DNA from: Lepidodermella squamata
Lineage: Eukaryota; Animalia; Gastrotricha
DNA length: 64,000 nt
Direction of reading: 5' to 3'
Assembly (NCBI GenBank): GCA_047495785.1
Contig: JBLDXI010000036.1
Coordinates: 248,001-312,000 of the forward strand
In this document: positions 12,015-25,975 of the stretch, in pieces
How the letters are laid out: each line of letters starts with the position of its first letter
Position numbering within the stretch: the stretch's first letter is position 1
Notes under the pieces: model-generated
Told to the model about the DNA's origin: nothing
The model's database searches: none
The model's input: the letters and a program-made list of their open reading frames with translations, nothing else
Made by a program: the position numbers and the translations under genes

Positions 12015-13635
12015 ATTCATTAGTTATAGACTTCAAGAGCGAACGTCGTGCCGATACGGTTGAAACGCTGAAAATGACAAGCGACACCTTGATCAACTTC
12101 TCAAACCAAATATCCTTGCCGTAGCCATGCTCAAGAGTGGCACGATTTCCCCCAAACCATACTCGCCACATGTGCAGTTCCCGCAAATGTGTCTAACAGT
12201 AGGCCGCAAGCTGTAATGGCGCTGCTGACGCCATTTCGAAATCACGAGTTCATCCATGCGTGTCAAAGCATAGAAATCGAGAAATTTCCGCGCGTAGAAC
12301 AACCAGCGCTTACTCTCATCTTCCGTTTTATCAAGTTCCGAATGAGCAACCTTTAGTTCAGGGCATCGATCGCCAGTTGACACAATATCGATTGCGATCG
12401 ATCGATTTTCGATTTTTTGTAAAATCGATTTTTCTATCAGTTCACGTGTTTCCTCCAACAACTTGTCTGTTGTTTAGAAAATGATGAATTTTGGATTTGT
12501 TAGCAGCTAAGATTTTGCTGGCAACCATATCGCCATTGCAAGAAACTTCTTCAGGATCCATGAAAAATTATTTCCCATCTCCTAATCGAATCTGAATTTC
12601 GATTTTTTACGATTCGATCCACCTGGCTGAATCCATCATAACACAACGGTCAAACAGTACAGCCAATTCGTCACGCGGTCGAGGTAGCAAAAATCTCAAA
12701 GCTGCTGTGACGAGGATGGATCCATCGATTTTCGAAACTGAAGTTTGATCGAGAATAGGTTGTGAAATTGTCCGGAAAAATGTGTCAAAGGCAGGGTTTT
12801 TAATCATGGAAAAAATTGAAGCCATTCAATTTGTATTGAAAATTGCATGGTCAATTTCCTCAATGTATTCCATGAACATATAATTGCTTATCAAATTATA
12901 ATTTTGAGCCTCTCCAGCGCTGTTTAGAAGTCTGAAAACGTGCGTCGAATTTTCGTCGAATGCCTTCAATTTTCCGCGGTTTTCCATTATAAATTTTCCA
13001 GTATAAATCGACTGGAAAATATGCAGACAGTTGATTTGGTTTTAACCAATTGATAATTTGAGGTCGACGGAGGGCTAACGAGAGGTGAAAGGTACCAATG
13101 ACGCCGCGCAGGCGATCGCCGAATCCGCCACAAACTTCGCCATCAATGCATCGATATTCAATGATCTGTGGAAACTCCAAAAAAATATTGTTATAAAATT
13201 ACTCACCAGTAAAATTCGAAAAGGTTATGGCATGTCTTATCAATTTCACACAAGCAACAATGGTACAGGACTCGAATTCCTTAAATATTTGGTTACCTTG
13301 GACTGTGAAGATTGAGGAGTTTCATCCAAAGATTGCCGAATTTCCGCTATTTCCTGCTTTATGATTTCTGCCATAATATCCGCTTGCTTGCTCCTCAATT
13401 CCAGGTCTGTCAGGTAGTCTGAAATCGAAGATGAATCATCAAAGCCACCAGACGCATTGCTGAACAATTTTTCGGCCGAGAAATCATCGGTTTTAGAATA
13501 TTCAACGAACTTTGAAAAAGTGAAGTGAAGCTTTGAAAAATTGTAGACTGAAACAATTGCGATAACTGCTGTGATTGCAAGTGAGTAGTGAAAAATGCGT
13601 GAAGAATTTGAACTAGGTTTGATATATTCCTCCAT
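12015..13635 (-). pseudogene. Fucosyltransferase-like pseudogene (paralog of 51661-53296)
   Basis: Colinear homology (CGGFGDRLRG, SKIDGSILVTAALR, FLDFYALTRMDELVIS, HGYGKDI) and the same intron position, but split over several frames with stops (e.g. WIES* vs WDNSYK; IRLGDGK*). Confidence 0.85.
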
Positions 13636-13790
13636 AATTTGTATCGTAGATCGTAGATCCAGAAATATGTTTTTTACAAGAAGTTCTGCCTGTCATGTTT
13701 ATTTACTCAGCCGTAATTTTAAAAAGGCTTTGATCTACAAGAATCCCAAGGTAAAATACTCTGAAAAATTCATCTGAAAATTGCTCGTTA

Positions 13791-13927
13791 TCAGTGTGCT
13801 AAGTACGATTCGGAGGCTCAGGTGTTTTCTACTTGTTTTCTAAGACCCTGCCGAAGAAACTGTCCCCCCTGAGGCTTTATCAGACCTCTGGTTGTAGTCC
13901 GACAGCACCCCTGTACTTCCCAACATG
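13791..13927. repeat. Degenerate hAT-type MITE related to 42986-43136
   Basis: Shares cagtgtgc.aagta...aggtgttttctacttgttttcta...gccgaagaaac with 42986-43136. Confidence 0.55.
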
Positions 13928-13963
13928 GAACAATTTCCAAGTTCTTATTCGTTAATTCAAGAG

Positions 13964-14480
13964 CGACTTCAAGAGCGAACGTCGTGTCTATGCCATTGAA
14001 ACGCTAAAAATTGCAAGAGACAGGTTGCCCAACATTCTCAAACCGAATATCTTTGCCGTAGCCATGCACAAGTGGCACAATTCCCCCAAACCATTCTCGC
14101 CAAATGTACAGTTTTCACAAATGTGTCTCACATTAGAGCGCAAGCGTAAAAGTCGAGAAAGTCGGTTCGTAAAACAACTAATTTTGATGGATCCATTTAT
14201 TTTCGAAACTCGAAGTTCGATCCAGAGTCGGCTGCTACAATTTTCCGGAAAAATACCTTACAGTCAGGGTTTTTCAACATTGCGAAAATATGAACCATTG
14301 AACATTGAATTGTTGAAAGCTGGACGATCGATTTGATCAACGTCCTGCACACAAAGCTGACGTTATTGATCAGGTTGTAAATTTCAGCCTCTCCGTACCG
14401 CTGTTCAGCAATCTGAAAATTTGCATTGAATTTTTGTATAGTTATCATCGATTTCCGCCGATTTCAAATGGACTGGGAAA
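13964..14480 (-). pseudogene. Third, internally deleted relic of the fucosyltransferase-like gene
   Basis: Minus strand reads ..SKINGS.. joined almost directly to VRHICENCTFGENGLG..HGYGKDIRFENVG, i.e. the 3' end of the same gene with a large internal deletion; the 5' side abuts the hAT element at 14512. Confidence 0.7.
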
Positions 14481-14511
14481 TATTCAGATTGCCGATATTG
14501 GTTGGACCAAC

Positions 14512-15570
14512 CAGGGTGCGAAGTACAGGGGTGCTGGGGTGTCGCGACACCCCAGCTCGGTCCGGCGGGAGAAAATTTCGAAAATTAGTTGGAGTTGTAA
14601 GTTGTAAAAAGTAGTTTGCTTCCATTGTGAGGACAATGGATGCTGCGTTTTTACGCAATTTCCGGCTATTCCTGACACTTAATCTTCAAAAATCTCGCAG
14701 CAAAAGCTCGCTGCGCTCGCATTCGGGTTTAAGGTTGTATTGGGGATTTTTCAACGGTGGCTAAATCAAGGTTCGACTATCGACCCTAATAGTAATTGGT
14801 AATTTTTATAGAAACCATATGTTTTGGACCAGTGCTCCGCATTATCTCATTTATCTCATTGCCTTGCCGTTTTTATGAGATTTCCGACCCTCCTACACTA
14901 TTTCTTGCTCCACTCGAATGTATGGCCGAAATTACTGGCAATTTTGAGATATGCAGCACTTTATTCTCAATCCTGTCAGTTCCAGCACTGCTTATTAGCG
15001 TCTTGAGTTGATTGTTGATTATTGAGTTTTATTAATTTTGTTGATTTCGAGCTTGTAAGATAGTAGATAATTCCGTGGGTTGCCAGCCGCCAAAATGGCC
15101 GGCAGTAAAAAAGTTTGCGGAGCACTGTTTCAAAAATCCAGCATTGCTACTGGATCTGGCGCAATCCATGACTAAGACCATTGTTGCGTCTAACCGGCAT
15201 TTCGATTATGACGTTCCCAAAAGCTGCAAATTTAACATTTTTCTTAGTTTCGCGAATTTGAGACGTGGCGTAAATAAAGGGCCCTTATTTTAGCCAAATA
15301 AGAATGTGACAATGGGAAAGAAACGCAGCGGACGAAAATTAAAGTTAAGTCTGTAAAAATAGTCATTTTTAGGAGGGTTTGACACCCTTTTTTGCCGAAA
15401 AAATCGTAAAATTTCTCGCTTCGCTCGTTTCATCGGTTAAAATTACAGTTAATTTTCCCCCATGTCGAGTGAATAATATCGATTTCGCGAGCGAGCGTAG
15501 CGGGCGAGCGCAATTTTTGTGGATCTTAACATAGGAACACACCAGCTCGAAAATCCTACTTCGCACACTG
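14512..15570. mobile_element. Non-autonomous hAT element (about 1.06 kb)
   Basis: TIRs CAGGGTGCGAAGTA...TACTTCGCACACTG, perfect 8-bp TSD GGACCAAC; no transposase ORF. Confidence 0.85.
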
Positions 15571-16109
15571 GGACCAACTGATGAGCAGAGGACGAAGAAG
15601 GGCTAGCGATGGGTAAAAGGTACCTATGAAGCCGAGGCAGTTCAAAGTCATTCGGGTAGTCCGAGTTCGATGATGAAACATCAAAACCATCGCAGAAGAT
15701 TTGCTGAACATTTTTTCGGCCAGTTTATCGACAGCTTTCAAAAAGAAAAAATGTAATGAAACTCGTTTTCGTTCGAATAATTCCACGTGCAGACTGAAAA
15801 TAGCGCAATGGTCGAAAATAACGCATTGCTTCTACGCCTTATTTATTGCTGTTTCGGGCATTTCAACGCTAATCAAAATAATTCAGGCTCTTAAGATGAA
15901 AGATGTAATTTAAATTCATTGATGTCAAACACGCTGCAAACTATAAATAGAGCCGCAATTTCCATTAGAGTAGGTAATGGCTATAAATATTATTTCGATG
16001 AAAAAGATCGAAGAATGCCACGATGTAACTTCGTAATGTCGTGAAGCAGCAGCACATTTCTGAATCGATCAATGAATCAATCGTCATCAGAATTATACGA
16101 AGGCACGGA

Positions 16110-19100
16110 TTAGTAGTAAGTCTCGCACAAGACATGATTTGCAGAGGCGTAGCAAGTCGTAGTAACTAAGAGACGGCCTGAACGATAGCCCGAAATACCA
16201 ACACATTCATCAAGCTGTGTGCGTAAAATCCAATCTTGAGCCTTGTAAGTGTACACAGTTCCATCGTTCCACACGAGAGTATTGTCTGCTAATTGGGACA
16301 TGCCTATCCAACACGCAGAAACAGGCTCGGCCGGTATGAGCTCCCTGGCTTGCGCAAATTCAGCATCCGTCTTGGGCATTCCTAGCCGGCTGGTTTCGTT
16401 GCTGCATTGACTAGCGGCGTCTGATCCTTGAATGAGGTCATCTTCGCCTTTCGTGACAATGAACAACTTCTTGGTAACGTTTTGGCAGCTTTGAACACTC
16501 GAGTACACAGCGGAGAGTGGGAAGCGAGATTCGGTAGCTGAGCAGTTGCCGCTGCTTGATCGGCAGGTTACCGATCCATCACCCGATTCGCATCTTATGA
16601 GCCTAAAATAAAAATAGAAATATATTTGATTTCAACCATCCTATTAAAATCGATAGCATTCATTTTTTCAGGACTTGGGAAATGAAGCGGTCCGTTTACG
16701 ACAGTGAAATTTTCAATTTTGTGTTTCCGCAAAAATCTGACTTTTGTCAAACCGCGAAAACCTCGACTATGCGAAAAATAATACGTTTACAGTAACATCC
16801 CAATTTTTGATATCCCAATTTCGATTCCTCCTTAAGTGATCTTGAAAGTGGCATTGAAATCTCCGGATTTCCAAAAATTCGCCAAACCCCACCCTTCCGC
16901 TGACCACAACGGTCGAATTCCGATGGCAAAGAAAGGATTGTGTGGGCTTCGCGAGCTGGCTTACTTTTCTGCTTTACAAGCATTAAAATTGTCATATTTA
17001 GTTTCACCGCCGTCTGCCGCCACCTGTCATACATATTAATGTCACACATACTCTTAGATGAGAAAAAATTGCATACCGTGTTATTTGGGCATGGCTGCGA
17101 TTGCGGGATGCAAACAGCGTAGAGCTTCGTCGTGCTATCAACGCATTTGATGTACTTTTCCTGTCGACGTAAGGATATACAAATTTAGTATGATTTATCT
17201 TTGACATATCAACATCCTACATCATTCAATAAGGATATGCAGCCAATCAGAGAAGAGGAAGTAGGAGCGTTCGGGGATCCAACAGGTCCACCCTAGCAAA
17301 ATAAGGCTTAAAAATTTCGCAAGCTCGAGCTTTATTCTTACGTCATATTTCCCGCTTCCTGTTGGGCAAATATCATCGCATGTACCACCTGTTGTTGCAT
17401 CATAGCAAATGCGCATTTGCTGAAATATATTAGCAATATTAGAAGAAATATATTCAAAAAATATGCCTACTCCGAAAACGCAGCTTTTGTAAGTGGGATA
17501 TATAATCGGGCTCAGCGTCTGAAACGCGATGAAAAATTATCAATTTAGATGTTATGCCATAGTGATTTCTCACTTCAGTCCCGTTGCAAGCTTTTGCGGG
17601 TGTTATGCAATCTACAAGGGGTTCAGCCGGATCGGAACGGTAACAGCGACGATACGGATACATATCAGGTGGTGCTAATTTGTAGATTTGAAAAAAAATC
17701 ATCGAAAGTTAATGTAAATTTGCCTTCTCTAGTTGGTTCGTAAAATTGACCCACTTGAAAACAATGATGGAACTCACCCGACGTGCAATCTGTAATGGAT
17801 TCGAAGGTAGCTCCTGCGATAGTCCTGTTAGGACACGCGGTGTTATTCGAAGCCGGTATGCATTTCACGAAGGCAAAGGAGGCTTCATCCACGCAGAGTG
17901 TGTGAGGTTTCTGGAGATGACAAAAGGCTGAACGATTTTAACTTCTGGCCTAACGATCTTTTCTTACCAGTGATGCGAGGCAATCGGCGTAGTTGCTCGC
18001 AAAGTCGGTTTTCGCGTTGAATGTTGATACCTGAGTGAGTAGTACATCAGAGATACTTTCAAACCTATTTCAGGGGTTAACATACGACTGTCATTGGGGA
18101 AGGGCAGGTGTTGCGGCAAACCATGCCATCTGCCGAGGAGCAAACCGCAGCCGGCTGTTGATCATTGAAATGAATCACTTCGTTAGCATCACCCAAAACA
18201 AACTAACGCCGTTAATGCAGTGAGCTTTGTCCATGTAGGTGTCAGAGCTGTAGGACTTTGAAAACAATGAGCTGTTCGAAACAATTTGATTATTTATTTG
18301 TAATTGCCTACCTGAGTCATGTTGGTCGAATTGCAAGGCTTCGGTTGGCAGCCGAGAAAGGATCGGTCACTTTGAAGGAAGCATCGATTGTGCGGCTGGA
18401 AATCAGCGTCGTTGCGTTTGACTGTGAAGTGAGAAAACGAGTGGATATGAACATTTCAAACCAGCTGCTTCGCACAACTTACTATTAGCTTGAGCCATGC
18501 AAGCAGACATAGTAGGCCAAGAGCGAACAACATTCTGTAATGTAAGAATAGGGTCACAATTTGACTCCATAACAAATACAAAGACATCGATAATGAAATC
18601 ATGTTTAGCACACGATGACGCTATATAGTACATGAAAATTTTACAGGGTGGCCAGAACACGCCGCAGTGGGGCGAATGGCGAATTCGATGCGCTTCGATT
18701 CAATTCGATTCAAGACATTTTAAGAAATGTCAATGATTCTTTTTCTAACGCAATTCTTAAACTCCTCATTAAACTGATACGCATCGAATTCGCCCCACTG
18801 CGGCGCGTTCTGGCCATCCTGTAGCAATGCCTTTGATTTGATTTGATTTCTTCAGTAAATCAAGGGTTAATAAACAGAATATTCAACAGAAAAAGCCTAA
18901 GGAAACAGAAATTTGCGATAACTTGTACTCACCCCGTTGTTAGGGCATGGCCCATTGGCGGGAATGCAGGTTTGCTGGCCATTACTATTACAGAGCGTTG
19001 CTTTTGTTTTCTGTCAAAATGAAAAATAATATTTCAGTGCAATTAAGGCAGCGATAGAAAATTTATCTACCAAAAAATTGTTAATAGTTGCTCTGCAATT

Positions 19101-19565
19101 CTTGTATTGCGCTTCGAAATTGAAGCCAAGAAATTCAGCGATCTAAAATTACAAAGATAACATTTTAAATTCACGAAAACGTGTATTTCCGTACCATAAC
19201 TTCATCAGTCTTGGAACAGCCCAGATTTCGAGGGATACATCTCATATTGATCGTTTTGTAGTTGAAACAGCTTCGGGCGGCCTGAAATAAGGCGATAATT
19301 TGAAATCGAGATTCACGTTGAGAAAGGTCTCACTCCATCCAAACAACTGGCAGACGTTGGCAAAGCGAGGCCGAGCTGGAACATTTCGAACCATTATCCA
19401 AGGTTGAATAGATAGAAAAATTACCTGGGCTTCATCGAGAAAAGAACAGGCAGTTTTACAGCCCATAAAGTTATCATTGAGCCTTGAGAAACATCGCCTG
19501 TAGTCGGCTGAAACGACTACCACAGCTAGGCCAAGTAGTAAAATTAACTGCAAATTAACAGCCAT
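16110..19565 (-). CDS. Cys-repeat stalk + CTLD protein, subfamily A (gene 4; spliced, appears intact)
   Basis: MAVNLQLILLLGLAVVVVSADYRRCFSRLND start, full set of stalk micro-exons, terminal exon LIRCESGDGSVTC...RLGMPKT...WIGM...WNDG...VLCETYY*. Confidence 0.88.
18644..18821. mobile_element. Tc1/mariner-type MITE in intron of gene 4
   Basis: TA-flanked; inverted termini CAGGGTGGCCAGAACACGCCGCAGTGGGGCGAA / TTCGCCCCACTGCGGCGCGTTCTGGCCATCCTG. Confidence 0.8.
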
Positions 19566-19671
19566 CCAGTGAAGGTGTAAAAGAGTTTAAAATAGTTAGG
19601 CCAATAAAACTAGAGAGTATGAGAATAAAGTTATATTTTACGAGCTTTTAAATAACGCCTTGATTTTTCAA

Positions 19672-19704
19672 GATCGCGTGGATTCATTAAATTTGTCGTA
19701 AACA
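19672..19704 (-). promoter_or_regulatory. Conserved upstream module TGTTTAC-N16/17-CACGCGATC (also at 3070-3101, 24884-24915, 29164-29196, 42655-42687)
   Basis: The same two motifs at fixed spacing lie about 70-120 bp upstream of the ATG in five subfamily A genes, while the intervening bases diverge. Confidence 0.65.
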
Positions 19705-22700
19705 GGATGTTCAACGCGCGACTGGAAATTCTCACCGCCGATTCATAATTTCGAAGCGCGAAGCGTAGTCTAGGTCTTTTAATAAAACTGATAATATGTA
19801 GCTTAAAACGATACCAGAGTCCATTTTTACGGTGCCGAAAGAAGGGCATAAATAAAGCTGAATAAAACTGACTGATTTTATAGGTTAATTATTCGGTCAT
19901 TTATTCGTTTTCGATTTTGTCACGAAATCAGTTTTAAGTTATGAAGGAGAAATCTCGATCACAATAGCGCTTGTGCTAGTAATTAATCTCGCACATAACG
20001 TCGCTGGCGTAATCGTCACAAGGAACCGTGGCGAAGAAGCGGCCCGGGTCACCGTAATCACGACTTCTGATGTAAACACAGCGATGGTCGAAGTAGTGGT
20101 AAAGCCAGTCTTGCGCCTTGTAAGTGTACGCCGTTCCATCGTACCACGTGTAAGTATTGTTCGCATTATAAGTCATGCCCACTCACGACTCACGGAAGGA
20201 GAGTCAGCCGGGCTATGTTGTTCGGCTTGCGTGAATTCAGCATCTGTTTTCGGCATTGCCATCCGGCTGTTCTCGTTGATACACGGCTGGGCAGCCGCTT
20301 GCCCTTGAATAGATGATTTCGATGCAAGGAAAAACTTCTAAACAGCATTTTAGCACTTGGGCGCGTCCAAGTAAACGGCGGACGGCGGGAAGCGAGTTTC
20401 GTTGGCTGAGCAGTTCCCGCTGCTTGATCGGCAGCTTACGGATCCACCGGCTGCTTCGCATCTTATTACGCTAGAAAAGAAATAAACAAATCAAGGAATG
20501 ATACATAAATTGCTTTAAATTTTAGAAAAATTCGTTCAAATTAATTTCACGGTTTGAAAGTAAATTAGGAAAATTCTTTGAAAATTAACATTAAATTCGA
20601 GAAAATTCGAAAAATTTCAGAAGCTCTCAGAAACTTTGTAGTAACAAGGAGATGAATAAGGACTTTCCTATAGCCATAGCTATAGGAATACCAACCCTGC
20701 CTTGTAAATATTGAAATTATCGTAAAGGGTGAAACCGTTTTGCCATGCCATCTGTTGTAGATATAAAAATCGGAAAATTCGAATATCGAAAATAGTTGTA
20801 GCTCACTGTGTTGGCTGAGCAAGACACTGATCGTGTAACGCAAACGGCATATAAATTACTCTTGCTATAAACGCATTTGATGTGTTGTTTGACCTGTAAT
20901 TTTGATGATTTAGCCGACTTTCATTCAGCGATAAATTTTTACCCTAATCAAAGATAAGCACGCATCGATGGAATTCGAGAGATGAGCAGTGTAGCCTCCC
21001 ACATGCCCGAGCTATAGCATTGAAGATGTTGAAGGCACTGTGTCAAATTGAGAATGTCAATCTTACGTCGAATTTGCCGTAAACTGCTTCGAGAATATAC
21101 CACCCAATGTCACTTTGACCCATATCGGTCATCGACTTCATTTTCCCATAACTGGGTTTCCTTGCCTGGGCCACTCTGGACTTCGTACTTCGCACACTGC
21201 TGCAGTTATCTTACCGCCAATCTCACGATCAACAATAGACCATGTTATCAAAGTATATTTTATTGGGAAGCCGAACGTTTCGATTAGTTTGAACACTCAT
21301 AATTCATCCAGAATCGCAAATACGCAATGAATAAAGCACAAATAGAGCTTCATAATGTTGGAACTAGTAATAAGTCTCGCGCATGACGTCGCTAGCGTAA
21401 TCGTCACAAGGAGGATAGCCATAGGCACATGAACACCTACCCTGATGCCTTGCAAATATTGAAATCATCGTAAAGGGTGAAACCGTTTTGCCATGCCGTC
21501 TGTTTTTAATGAAAAAATTCGAAAAATTCGAAGAATTTCGAAAAAAATGTCGCCATACCGTGTTAGCTGGGCAAGACACTGATCGTGGAACGCACACGGC
21601 GTATAAATTACTCGTGCTATAAACGCACTTTATATGTTTGACCTGCACTTTTGATCATACTTTAGCCGACCTGGATTCATCGAAAAATTCTTACCTGAAT
21701 TAAAGATAAGCAGGCATTGATGGAACTCGAGAGTGGAGCAGTGTAGCCTCCTACAGGCCCGAGCTAGCATTAAAGCGCTTGAAGGCAACGTCAAAAATTG
21801 AGAATATCAATCTTACGTCGAATTTGCCGTAACCCTTATCGCAAGTTTCACGGCAGATGCCCCCAGTTGTACTGTCAGAGCACAAGCGAATGACCTATCG
21901 AAGCATAATTTGTCAACGGAAATTCCTTGGAAAAATAGGCCTCACCCCTTGCTCGCAGTTTGCTTTGGTAGAGAAAATAATCGGGCTGAGAGTCTAAACA
22001 CATTTGAATTTACGAGACATTGGCTCATCAAACCCATCTTACCTCAGTACCATTGCATGTTGCCGGCGATTTTTTGCAGCCTCTGAACGAAGGGACGGAC
22101 CAGTCGAAGCAGCGTTGATGTGGATACTTCTCAGGTGGGGCTAAATTGCGAATAAGGGAAAAACCAAACTCCATAAAATTCCCAGTAGCTATAACTCACC
22201 AGAAGTGCACTCGTAAAGGGTGTTGAACGTAGGTCCTGTGATAGTCCCATTTGGACATGGGACGTTGTTCGGTACAGATACGCATGCTGCAAGGGCGAAC
22301 GTAGTTTGATCCACGCAGAGTTTGTGAGGCTTCTGATCAGTTTCAAAAAAATTAAAAAAGCATGGCTGAGGTACTTCGACTTAGGACCCACTAGCGTTAG
22401 AAGGCAATCAGCGTAGTTGCCCGCAAAGTCTGGTTTCGAGTTGAATGTTGATACCTAGGAGAGATTTTCTAAAGGTGGAGTTCGTTTCAATGTCCCAATT
22501 CCCACCAGTGTCATTGGAGAAGGGCAGTTATTGCGGCAAACCATACCATTCGGAGAGGAGCAAATCGCTGCGGGCTGTGAGATTTAAAAAATTGAGAGAT
22601 AGATAGCTGAAGCGGCAAATCAAACTAACGCCATTAATACAGTGAGCTTTGTCGATATAAGTGCCAAGGCTGTAGGACTTCACAAATATTGACTTAACAC

Positions 22701-22964
22701 AACAACCAGATTGACAGAACAACCGGTATTTTCGGTGAGGTTTATACCTGAGTCATAGAAGTCGAATTGCAAGGTTTAGATTGGCAGCCGACGAATGACC
22801 GGTCGCTTTGAAGGAAGCATCGATAGTGAGGCAGAAAATCAGCGTCATTACGTTTAACTGTCACGAAAATGTAAAAAAATACGTAAAATAAAATCCAGGA
22901 GTAACAATCTCAAAAGTGTACTCTGGACCTCGGAAGGAAAAATAACCGGTCCTTCGCCAGGCTC

Positions 22965-23384
22965 CAGTGACTTTGATTTGATTTGATTTGATTTGATTTA
23001 TTCAGTAAGCCAAATCACAGGTCTTTGTAAATCAATCATTTCAAATGAAATCCCCAAAAATCGATAGTAAATCAAATCATCAGGCCCGTTTAAATCAAAT
23101 CAAATCAAATCTTTCACATAGGGAAACATGAGTATCATGGTAAATTTCTGGGGATTTTTTCAAATTTCAAGCATGGTTTTGACAGAATGAGTATGAAAGA
23201 GCATAAATAGCTCAAGGCAAATGTGAGTTCTCATGTTTAGTAACAGGGGGAATTCCGAGAGTTCTGATTTTTATAAATTAGCAGTAAATCAAGTTGGCTA
23301 AATTTGAATCAAATCAAATCATCCTGAAATTTTCTAAATCAAATCATTAAAAATGGCCTAAATCAAATCAAATCAAAGTCTCTG
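22965..23384. mobile_element. MITE with (GATTT)n/(AAATC)n subterminal arrays
   Basis: CAGTGACTTTGATTTGATTT... and ...AAATCAAATCAAAGTCTCTG inverted termini; related fragment near 18830. Confidence 0.65.
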
Positions 23385-23645
23385 CTTCGCCTAGTTCACA
23401 TCCCACTAAACTTACGGTTCGCCTGTGCCAGGCAGGAAGAAGTTGTCGACCATGAGCCAACCACATTCTGAAAAAATATAAAGAATAAATAAAAATTATA
23501 AATGTATTTAATTTTGTCTCGGGGGAAATAGTTTACCAAATTATTGAATTCTGTACCAAAAATCATCCACCGAATTATTCCAATGAAATCCCAAATTTTC
23601 TGACCCAGCTCTCAACCCTAACCTAACCCTAACCCTGACCAGTTA

Positions 23646-23747
23646 CCGTAAATTCCGAAACAAAAGCCCAGGCGCCAGGCGGCGCTCTTTGTCGGCACTT
23701 TGATGTTCTTTGTAGTGCCGCCTGGGCTTGTATTTGAATATTTACAG
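23646..23747. mobile_element. Short TA-flanked CCGTA-type palindromic MITE
   Basis: ta|ccgtaaattccgaaacaaaagcccaggcg ... cgcctgggcttgtatttgaatatttacag|ta. Confidence 0.6.
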
Positions 23748-25975
23748 TAAATAAAGAATTTAATAACTAGGTATTGAATCAAAAGTATTTGGGTACCAGC
23801 GTAAGATTTCTTTGAGTGTAACTGAACCGATGCTCTGAAAGAGTTTAAATGGAATACAGAAAGTTCTATATCTCTCTCGACTGAGACTAACGAAAATGAA
23901 AACATGTTAAACCACCTGTACGAGACCACAAGGTCGTGAGAGGTTGAGGGAAGAAAAACCCCGACAATTCACAAGGGTTACCCTATGTTCAGAAAAATTC
24001 TGGGCTGAAAATGCCAACACATACTCTCATCTCGAGGATCCTACTTCATCCACTTATCGTCTATATTTCTATCAAAAAAGTTGCTGAGGACTCGCGAGTC
24101 TTCGATTAGAATCTGAAAATGCGTTGATACTAACCCCGCCGTTCGGGCATGTTCCACTGACAGGAATGCAAGTTTGCTGGCCGTTGTTATCGCAAAGCGT
24201 AGCTTGAATATTCTGTAAAAATTGTTAATATTGGAATTTCAGCTTTTATGTTTGAAATAAACCTACCAAGAATGTATTAATGGTCGCTCTGCATACTTTA
24301 TATTGCGTTTCAAAATTGAGGCCCAGAAATTCAGCAGTCTAAGTGAAAATAGATAAATAAAAGTCATGGGTAAGAAATCAGCCACGAACCATAACTTCAT
24401 CAGTCTTCGAGCAGCCAAGATTTCGCGGTATACATCGCAAGTTGATAGTTTTGAAGTTGAAACAGCTTCGTGCTCCCTAAAATGGGCAATTCAAAAATAG
24501 GCAAATCAATTCGCATCAAAATAAATGTCTCCAGGCATTCACCCCCTCCAAGCAACTAGCCGAAGATGGCAAAGCGAGTCCGAGCTGAAACATTTGCGAA
24601 CATTTTCCAAATAAAAATAGAGAGAATTATTCATTCTTCATCCTTACCTGGACTTCATCGAGAAGAGAACAGGAAGCTTTACAACCCTCAAAGCTATCAT
24701 TGAGCCTTGAAAAACAGCGCCTGTAGTCAACAGAAACGGCTGACCCAGCTAGGCCAAGAGTCAAAATGAGGCGCAGAAGAGTAGACATCCGGTTATTGAT
24801 GTTGTAAAATTTGACTAAATAATGAATTGCTATAATATTGAATGGGTTTATTGATTCACGATGTGTCTCAATCGAATACACTAGATCGCGTGGCGGATGT
24901 AAAACAGCGTAAACAACTCGCAGACGGCTGGGGACGTTTACGCTATTTTTGGATTCTTTTGTCGGGCGCGCGTACAAAAATTCAATAATCAAAAATGAAA
25001 CTTACTGAAAGTGTCAAAAACTAGTTTGAGACATTTAGCGGTTTTTTTTAGAATGTTTTAGCGGTTTTTATATCTGATGATATTTATGAAATACATATAG
25101 GTGATAGGTGACATCCATTAAATAGAAGGTTCTCATAAACTCTGAAGCCAATATTATTATTGCTTCGAATTGACATATTATGCTGATGGCAATAATTTGT
25201 GTGTGTGTGATCATCCATTTTTTGTGTGGCTTTTTACGTGAAAAATGACCTCCTGAAACGACGGCCCAGTAGACATGGTTGTTATGTTCCCTGAGGAAAA
25301 TTTGAAACCCGGTTTCCAAATTATTGTATAGAACATAGAACGATGAGTAGGCTAAGAGTTTCAATAGTCTTGCGATAAATCGAGAACCCTATATCACAGT
25401 GCGCGTAGTACGGGGTAAATGGGCGGTATCGTACCCCGCACCAGTTCGCATGGCCAAGGGAGGCCAAGGGAACCCGAAAAACATTTGATCACAGCTTTGG
25501 GCCCGAAAATACCCCTGGGGCTCCTACTTCGCGCACTGCTCGTGGGTTTCCAAGACCGCTGCTACTCAACTTGCCTTCCTTCCCCCCGTTATGAGCAATT
25601 GAACACTCGCAGCCCCGTGAAATGTCTATTTCGGAAAATCTGAGACTGCTGGGACCGGACTGTCGGGCCACTTTAACGTGGAGTTTCGATCTGATTGAGT
25701 GGTGAACAACTAATTTTCATGATGCAGAGTTTATTCACTATCGCAACATTTGATAATCGAACTGTCACAAGCATCTAATTGGAAATAAAGAACAGAAGTA
25801 ACTAACATCCAACATCCAACATCTGATTTCAATAGGAAGAAGTATCGGGGAAATAAAGCCTCAACGTATAACTAATCCCACAGCAGAATTTAGTTCAGCT
25901 TCAAAATAAATTAACAGTCAAAAGCGATAAATAAGGGTGAAGTTTCATTCTTAAGACTTTTCCAGTTTGGGTGAA

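Larger units (their letters stand above)
19976..24788 (-). pseudogene. Subfamily A gene 5: intact-looking stalk, but CTLD deleted in one copy and disabled in the duplicated copy
   Basis: MSTLLRLILTLGLAGSAVSVDYRRCFSRLND start at 24788. The first CTLD exon is reduced to its last 15 codons (21364-21412). The second CTLD exon (19976-20471) has TAA and TAG stops, a frameshift and TGG>TGA in the WVGM motif. Confidence 0.75.
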
